A stretch of 64,000 bases of DNA from Macrostomum lignano (lineage: Eukaryota). Location of the stretch: positions 8,432-72,431 of the forward strand of contig NIVC01002874.1 in assembly GCA_002269645.1 (NCBI GenBank), given 5' to 3'. The translations under genes were made by a program, and so were the position numbers. The notes below the pieces were generated by a model. It was not told where the DNA came from. It did not search any database and saw only the letters and a list, made by a program, of their open reading frames with translations. Below, one piece after another: positions 59,183 to 64,000 of the stretch (position 1 is its first letter; every line of letters begins with the position of its first letter).

Positions 59183-61995
59183 CTAGTTGGCTTCCCTCTG
59201 CAAGGTTCGTCTCGGCCGCGGCACAGGCCGGTGCAACTGAGGCGGCGGCTCTTCCTTCTCGTCAACGCAGCCGCAGGCGTCACCAACGCCTTCATCGTGT
59301 ACTGGAGCCACGGGCGACGCGGATGTAGATGCAGCATAGGATGCTGAGACAAATGCGGCAGCTGAAGCAGTCGAGTTTGAGTCGGCGCACGAGGCGACTC
59401 CCAAACTGAAGTTGTTCTCCTTGTCGCTTGAGTCCACCTGGAGAGAGTTGATGCAGAAGATCATAAGTGTGCTCAAACTGGATCTGACAGTGTGCTCAAA
59501 CTGGATCTGACAGTGTGCTCACAATGGATCTGACAGTGTGCTCACAATGGATCTGACAGTGTGCTCAAACTGGATCTGACAGTGTGCTCAAACCAAGCTT
59601 ACAATACTCAAGTCGGTCAGAGGTGCTAGTCCCCGCAGTCGGTCGTTAAGCAGTCTGGCGCGCGCCTCCCGCCTGGCTACCTCGGCCTCGCGCTTGGCCA
59701 GCCGAGCCTCGCGCTCGTCAGCTGCGGCTGCGCGAGCGTCCAGCTCTCGTTCGCGCGACTTCAACAGCCGCCGAAGCCGGCCAAGGCTGTCAGCCAGCCG
59801 GCGCTGCTCGTCAGCCCAGCGGCGCAGGCTGGGCTCCGGCAGCTCATCGGGCGGCAGGCGGTCGCGAATTGAAGGCCGGTCGAGCAGCTGCTCAACGGAG
59901 ATGCGTCTGTCCGGGTCCGGCTGCAGCAGGTCGGCGATGATGGAGCGGAGAGGCTGTGAGCGATGGAGGTGATGCGAAAAAATGTCATGTTGATGGAATA
60001 TCATAGAACACAATGGGATATTTCAGAACAATAGTATAATTCAGGGTACAATGGGATAATTCAGGACACATAGGGATAATTTAGAACACAATGGGATAAT
60101 TCAGGGTACAATGGGATAATTCAGGACACATAGGGATAATTTAGAACACAATGGGATAATTCAGAGTACAATGGGATAATTCAGGGTACAAGGGGATAAT
60201 TCAGGGTAAAATGGGATAATTCAGGGTACAAGGGGATAATTCAGGGTACAATGGGATAATTCAGGGTACAATGGGATAATTCAGGGTACAATGGGATAAT
60301 TCAGGGTACAAGGGGATAATTCAGGGTACAATGGCATAATTCAGGGTACAAGGGGATAATTCAGGGTACAATGGGATAATTCAGGGTACAAGGGGATAAT
60401 TCAGGGTACAATGGGATAATTCAGGGTACAATGGGATAACTCAGGACACAATGGGGATAATTCAGGACGCAGCGGGATAATTCAGGACGCAATGGGATAA
60501 TTCAAAGTACAATGGATCTGGTCCCAGAATAAACTATAGGATTTTAGAAGACAGCAGGAGCACAGAGAAAACATAGTGGTAGCATTAATAAATTTAAGTA
60601 GTAGACTAAAAATAAAGTGCAGACGGCTCTCACCTCTCCGTAAACATCTGGCAAGGGGCGATAGCTGCCAGATAAAATAGCCGCCACTAACTGGTCGTGA
60701 GTGGACCCATTAAATGGAGGCCTTAAACAGGCCAGCTCGTAAGCGACCACGCCAAGGGCCCACATGTCCGATTTTTCAGTGTAGCCGCACAGCTTCACCT
60801 GCGGGAGAGGCGGCAGGGTGAGTCTGGGTTTTTTATTCTGTTTCTAAAAAGGTATAAAAGAGTAAATAATACGGGAGAAATGTACTTTTATAGCTCAAAT
60901 ATAGCGTACATATTAAAATTTGAATACCCACAGGCACAAAGGGACACAAAGAAGAAACGCAATTTTACAGTACGGGAGAACTTATAGGGTACAAGAGTAC
61001 TTTACAGTGCAAGAGTATTTTTAGGGTACATGAGTACTTTACAGTGCAAGAGTTCTTTTAGGGTACATGATTACTTTACAGTGCAAGAGTACTTTTAGGG
61101 TACATGAGTACTTTACAGTGCAAGAGTACTTTTAGGGTACATGAGTACTTTACAGTGATGTTTTTAAAAGCGCAAACTAATCTTTGTCGGACAAAAGTAC
61201 TCCTGATCTTAAGCATAGTTAGTACGAAAATTTCCCCGATTCACACCTGCTCCGGACTCATATAGTAGGGAGTGCCCAGGTAGGTGCTAGCAAAGCTGGC
61301 ATCTCCGGCCAGTACTCTGGCGAGGCCGAAGTCGCCAAGTTTGATGCTTCGACCGGCATCTAGAAAACAATTGGCCGGCTTCAGGTCCCGGTGCAGCACC
61401 GCTTTGACACCTTGGCGACAGTGGCAGCAGCGTAGAGCCAGAGCGAGCTGTGAAAGCCAGCGAAGGATGTCATCTTCAGGGATGTACTTTCTGTGTAGGG
61501 AGGAAGGAGGCAAATTTGACACTTGCTAAATGAATTCATTGCCCTGTGTGAGCGCACTTAGAAAATCTAAATCATAGCTCACTTGTCTCTCCTATGCTGT
61601 TTAATAAGCGCAGCCAGATCGCCATTGGGGCAGTACTCCATGATAATGTAGGCCCGCTTCGCCTCCCGATCAATTATATAGTTATAGCAGCGCACGATAT
61701 TGCAGTGCCGCAGCTGGATTATCAGGTTAATCTCGGTCAGCAGCATCTGTTTCCTGACGTCGCACATGTCGCCAAAGTCGATTTCTTTCCAAGCAATACT
61801 GGCGCCGTCTCTTAAGCGGCGGACTTTTTTCACCACACCCGAGCTGCCCCGCCCGATCACTTCGACAACCTCGTAGTCGGCCAGGGCGCTGCCGTTGCCG
61901 CTGCCGACGCCGCCGCCGCCGCCGCTGCCTGACGCCGGGCCCTGCGAAGCATTAGAGCTGCGACTGCGTGTCGACGAAGAGTGTCGGCCCCCCAT
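59183..61995 (-). CDS. NEK2: NIMA-related kinase, NEK2-like; exons 61583-61995, 61247-61490, 60634-60798, 59603-59953, 59183-59437
   Basis: WKEIDFG, IIMEYCPNGDL, LHRDLKPANCFL, KLGDFGLARVL, GTPYYMSPEQ, KSDMWALG; NEK2-like coiled coil RERELDAR...EARLAKREAE; KEN box (DKENN); all introns GT-AG and in phase. Confidence 0.9.
59475..59590. repeat. 23-bp minisatellite (CTGGATCTGACAGTGTGCTCAAA) filling NEK2 intron 4
   Basis: Five tandem copies. Confidence 0.92.
60005..60515. repeat. 20-bp minisatellite (AATGGGATAATTCAGGGTAC) in NEK2 intron 3
   Basis: Direct tandem repetition. Confidence 0.95.
60985..61160. repeat. ~37-bp minisatellite (GAGTACTTTTAGGGTACATGAGTACTTTACAGTGCAA) in NEK2 intron 2
   Basis: About 4-5 tandem copies. 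Confidence 0.85.
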
Positions 61996-62204
61996 AGCGC
62001 CGCCCGAAGCTGAATGACCGCCGGTTGGGGCAGCGGCGGCGGGGCTGCTGTCGAATCCTCATTGGTCTGTTGCTGACGCTCTTCAGCAGCAGTTGAGGTC
62101 AACTGAGGTGGCTGCTGCTGCGACTGGAATAGTATAGAAAGTTCCGATTTATCAGATAGAATCTCAGCAATGAGAGCGCATGAGTAACTGAGGCGATCAG
62201 CAAT

Positions 62205-62575
62205 GTGATCCTCATGTGACTGTGCAATGTGACCCTCATGTGACTGTGCAATGTGACCCTCATGTGACTGTGCAATGTGATCCTCATGTGACTGTGCAAT
62301 GTGACCCTCGTGTTACTCTGCAATGTGACCCTCATGTGACTGTGCAATGTGATCCTCATGTGACTGTGCAATGTGACCCTCATGTGACTGTGCAATGTGA
62401 CCCTCATGTGACTGTGCAATGTGATCCTCATGTGACTGTGCAATGTGACCCTCATGTGACTGTGCAATGTGACCCTCATGTGACTGCAATGTGACCCTCA
62501 TGTTACTCTGCAATGTGACCCTCATGTGACTGTGCAATGTGATCCTCAGGTGACTGTGGAATGTGACCCTCACTT
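62205..62575. repeat. 24-bp minisatellite (AATGTGACCCTCATGTGACTGTGC), probably in a 5'UTR intron of NEK2
   Basis: Direct tandem repetition; bounded on the minus strand by GTGAGG (donor-like) and TTCCAG (acceptor-like). Confidence 0.92.
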
Positions 62576-62806
62576 GTAAAAAACCACAATCCAAAACAAA
62601 AAAGATTGAACACATTTTGTTAATAAAAAATACTGATCACTTGAATATATATTTATTATTCTACTATGATGGAAATGATTTCGGCAAACAATTTAGCTAC
62701 AAAGACTAAAAATCAACAGATAAAACGGTCAATTAGAGACTACTACCAACTGTCGAATGAGTAGTAAAACTAGCACATATAGGCAGAAATATGCAGAATA
62801 AAGGCA

Positions 62807-64000
62807 TCAAATGCTAAGCATCGGAGTCAAGCCAACCAGTCGCATAGCGGAGGCCAGCACCGACCGGGTCGAGTTAAACAGCGCCAATCGGCCAATCGCG
62901 CCGCTATCTTTGGCGCATGTCAGCACGGGTAGGACACGCAGACAGGCATTTGCGCGCGACACCAATCTATTAGTGTAGGCCACTAATACGCATGGCTCGT
63001 ACGTTAGAAAGGCTTCTAGAGCCGTGTCCGGATAGGCTAGCAATTGCTCGGCCAGTTCGTTAGCCGCTGTAGCAGCCTTGGGCCCAACTAAATTCAATGC
63101 CAGATCGATACTACTGCCATCGTCTGGGCTGCTGATACCGGCTTTGGCTGCTTTGCTGGCGAGGCTGCACAGCCTGCAAGGGTTTGGGGCTGGTTGCTTT
63201 TTTCTCTCACCAGAGGTCTTCAGGGGCTGATGCTACTGCTATCCCTTGGGTCTTCAGGGCTGATCCTACTGCTATCCCCCGGGTCTTCAGGGGCTGATGC
63301 TACTGCTATCCCTTGGGTCTTCAGGGCTGATCCTACTGCTATCCCCCGGGTCTTCAGGGGCTGATGCTACTGCTATCCCCCGGGTCTTCAGGGGCTGATG
63401 CTACTGCTATCCCTTGGGTCTTCAGGGGCTGATGCTACTGCTATCCCCCGGGTCTTCAGGGGCTGATGCTACTGCTATCCCCCGGGTCTTCAGGGCTGAT
63501 CCTACTGCTATCCCCCGGGTCTTCAGGGGCTGATGCTACTGCTATCCCCCGGGTCTTCAGGGGCTGATGCTACTGCTATCCCCCGGGTCTTCAGGGGCTG
63601 ATGCTACTGCTACCCGGGTCTTCAGGGGCTGATGCTACTGCTATCCTTGGGTCTTCAGGGGCTGTTGTTACTGTCTGTTCACCGGGTCTTCAGGGGCTGA
63701 TGCTACTGCTATCCCCCGGGTCTTCAGGGGCTGATGCTACTGCTATCCAATGGGTGTTCAGAGGACCCTGCTACATATCTACCGGCCCATGACCGTCAGG
63801 TAAGCTACTTCTGTTCTCTCAGTCATTTAATCGCACCTGGCATGGCAGTACTGAGCGCCAACAGCCGAATTATCGCTGTCCAGCTGAACTTAACCGGCTG
63901 CAGCCGGCGCACTCGCATCATCTCCATGGCAACGACGCTGGCGGCTAGCCTATCAGCAATCGATGAAGCGTCGGACCCGTCGATTCGTCGATTTGGCGAC
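62807..64000 (-). CDS. RARS2: Arginyl-tRNA synthetase, mitochondrial type (3' part, DALR anticodon-binding domain); exons 63837 to beyond 64000 and 62807-63173; apparent frameshift near 63880
   Basis: KFSW...QYCHAR|LCSL and EPCVLVAY...RLALFNSTRSVLASAMRLVGLTPM match RARS2 (KFSW...QYTHARL; EPxxLVxY...RLxLFxAxRSVLAxGMKLLGITP); phase-2 intron AG|GTGCGA...TTGCAG|G. Confidence 0.85.
63215..63745. repeat. 36-37-bp minisatellite (GGGTCTTCAGGGGCTGATGCTACTGCTATCCCCC) in the RARS2 intron
   Basis: Direct tandem repetition. Confidence 0.95.

Noticed and set aside
63750-63806. Plus-strand exon-like segment ending CAG|GTAAGC inside the RARS2 intron
   Set aside because: A single donor-like site without an acceptor or meaningful peptide.

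Overview
Eukaryotic (animal) genomic DNA with GT-AG introns and GC-rich exons in an AT-rich, repeat-dense background. The style (innexin, minisatellite-filled introns) suggests a free-living flatworm such as Macrostomum, but that is inference only. Supported genes, in order: VAP (MSP domain, -); a 5-exon ADAR/ADAD-like protein with an N-terminal C2H2 zinc finger, one dsRBD and a deaminase domain lacking all three zinc ligands and the catalytic Glu (-); a single-exon innexin (+); an FHL2/Limpet-type LIM protein (+); CHTOP-like (-); a membrane-anchored EGF-domain protein (-); a small PAN/apple-like ORF (+); two tandemly duplicated BTB/POZ genes (-); a NEK2-like kinase (-); and the 3' end of a mitochondrial-type arginyl-tRNA synthetase (-). 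Mobile DNA includes a 4.1-kb CCC...GGG (CMC/EnSpm-type) element carrying spliced coiled-coil exons, three hAT-type insertions with 8-bp TSDs (one with its empty site present in the window), a mariner remnant and other small repeats. Large satellites (23-bp, 36/40-bp, GATA, GACA) and many minisatellites explain most long ORFs in the supplied track. The best leads are the ADAR pseudoenzyme, the gene-carrying CMC element and the satellite-embedded BTB duplication.
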